Positions 39,166 to 39,546 of a stretch of DNA of 39,546 nt are shown one piece after another. The first letter of the stretch is position 1, and each line of letters starts with the position of its first letter. A program made the translations under genes and the position numbers. The stretch comes from an uncultured Phascolarctobacterium sp. (GTDB lineage Bacteria; Bacillota; Negativicutes; Acidaminococcales; Acidaminococcaceae). The notes below the pieces were generated by a model that made no database searches, was not told the DNA's origin, and saw only the letters and a program-made list of their open reading frames with translations. The stretch lies in assembly GCA_964595445.1 (NCBI GenBank), contig CAZQQK010000002.1, positions 1-39,546 of the forward strand. Direction: 5' to 3'.

Positions 39166-39212
39166 AAAAATAAAACTGGAAAGCACATCCCTTTGGGACG
39201 AGCTTTCCAGTT
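39166..39212 (-). terminator. T-box terminator 2 (gene-proximal)
   Basis: AACUGGAAAGCUCGUCCC-AAA-GGGAUGUGCUUUCCAGUU followed by UUAUUUUU. Confidence 0.88.
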
Positions 39213-39321
39213 ACTCGCGGTACCACCCAAATTGCCTAGACATAGGAACACCTAAAAAATAAATCCTCATCCCTAATCTTGGGACGAGGACTGTTACTCG
39301 CGGTGCCACCCAAATTGCCTA
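39210..39321. repeat. 29 bp direct repeat (28/29 identical), 83 bp period
   Basis: gttactcgcggtAccacccaaattgccta (39210-39238) vs gttactcgcggtGccacccaaattgccta (39293-39321). Confidence 0.95.
39254..39290 (-). terminator. T-box terminator 1 (promoter-proximal)
   Basis: UCCUCGUCCC-AAGAUUA-GGGAUGAGGA followed by UUUAUUUUUU. Confidence 0.88.
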
Positions 39322-39487
39322 TGGCCAACTTTTAGCTGCTGTATCGGGCAGACCCGTCAAATTCTTCATTTGCCGCTTCAGAGCGGAACAGATATGTCTT
39401 ACTGCTGCCTTGCATCAACCGGCAGTTTTCTGAAAGCCTAACATATTGCTTCTCTTTCATCGCGTTGATTTTTAATATTTGTAGATG

Positions 39488-39515
39488 ATTATAACATGCT
39501 TATTAGTATAGTCAA
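39488..39515 (-). promoter_or_regulatory. SigA promoter of the T-box-serC-serA-pspA operon
   Basis: TTGACT (39515-39510), 16 nt spacer, TGtTATAAT (-10 at 39493-39488). Confidence 0.8.
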
Positions 39516-39546
39516 GGAAAAGCTGATAAAATAATTAAGATAAGCT

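Larger units (their letters stand above)
39166..39464 (-). ncRNA. Serine T-box riboswitch leader with two antiterminator/terminator modules
   Basis: Stem I (~39464-39374) with GA motifs, apical CUGCC-GGUUGAUGCAA-GGCAG and specifier UCC (39387-39385); T-box sequences AAUUUGGGUGGCACCGCG (39316-39299) and AAUUUGGGUGGUACCGCG (39233-39216), each followed by CUCGUCCC and a terminator. Confidence 0.92.

Noticed and set aside
39069-39251. 60 aa minus-strand ORF as a leader peptide; the 29 bp repeats as a mini-CRISPR
   Set aside because: The ORF crosses the T-box terminator and overlaps serC out of frame. The repeats are T-box antiterminators, there are only two, and no cas genes are present.

Overview
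AT-rich (roughly 38-40% GC by eye) chromosomal window from a diderm Firmicute (Negativicutes, probably Acidaminococcaceae-like; the taxon is inferred from gene order, not looked up). About 35 kb of the + strand is the conserved outer-membrane biogenesis cluster: mlaEFD, tolC, tamB, a sigma-70-family gene, a hypothetical membrane protein, bamA, a hypothetical POTRA-like/beta-barrel protein, three Skp/OmpH paralogs, lpxD-lpxL-lpxC-fabZ-lpxA-lpxI-lpxB-msbA, a waaA-lpxK fusion, kdsBADC, a second lpxL, lptC-lptA-lptB-lptF/G, a DUF3084-like protein and a YqgF-like nuclease, followed by a cyclodeaminase/cyclohydrolase. A convergent serC-serA-pspA serine operon on the - strand is preceded by a Ser-specific T-box leader with one specifier stem but two tandem antiterminator/terminator modules. 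No mobile elements, CRISPR arrays, rRNA or tRNA genes were seen. The most notable items are the partially duplicated T-box, a candidate envelope sigma/anti-sigma pair, a small-barrel Omp85-like gene after bamA, the WaaA-LpxK fusion and several internal promoters with candidate operators. All calls come from motif recognition by eye; no searches were run.
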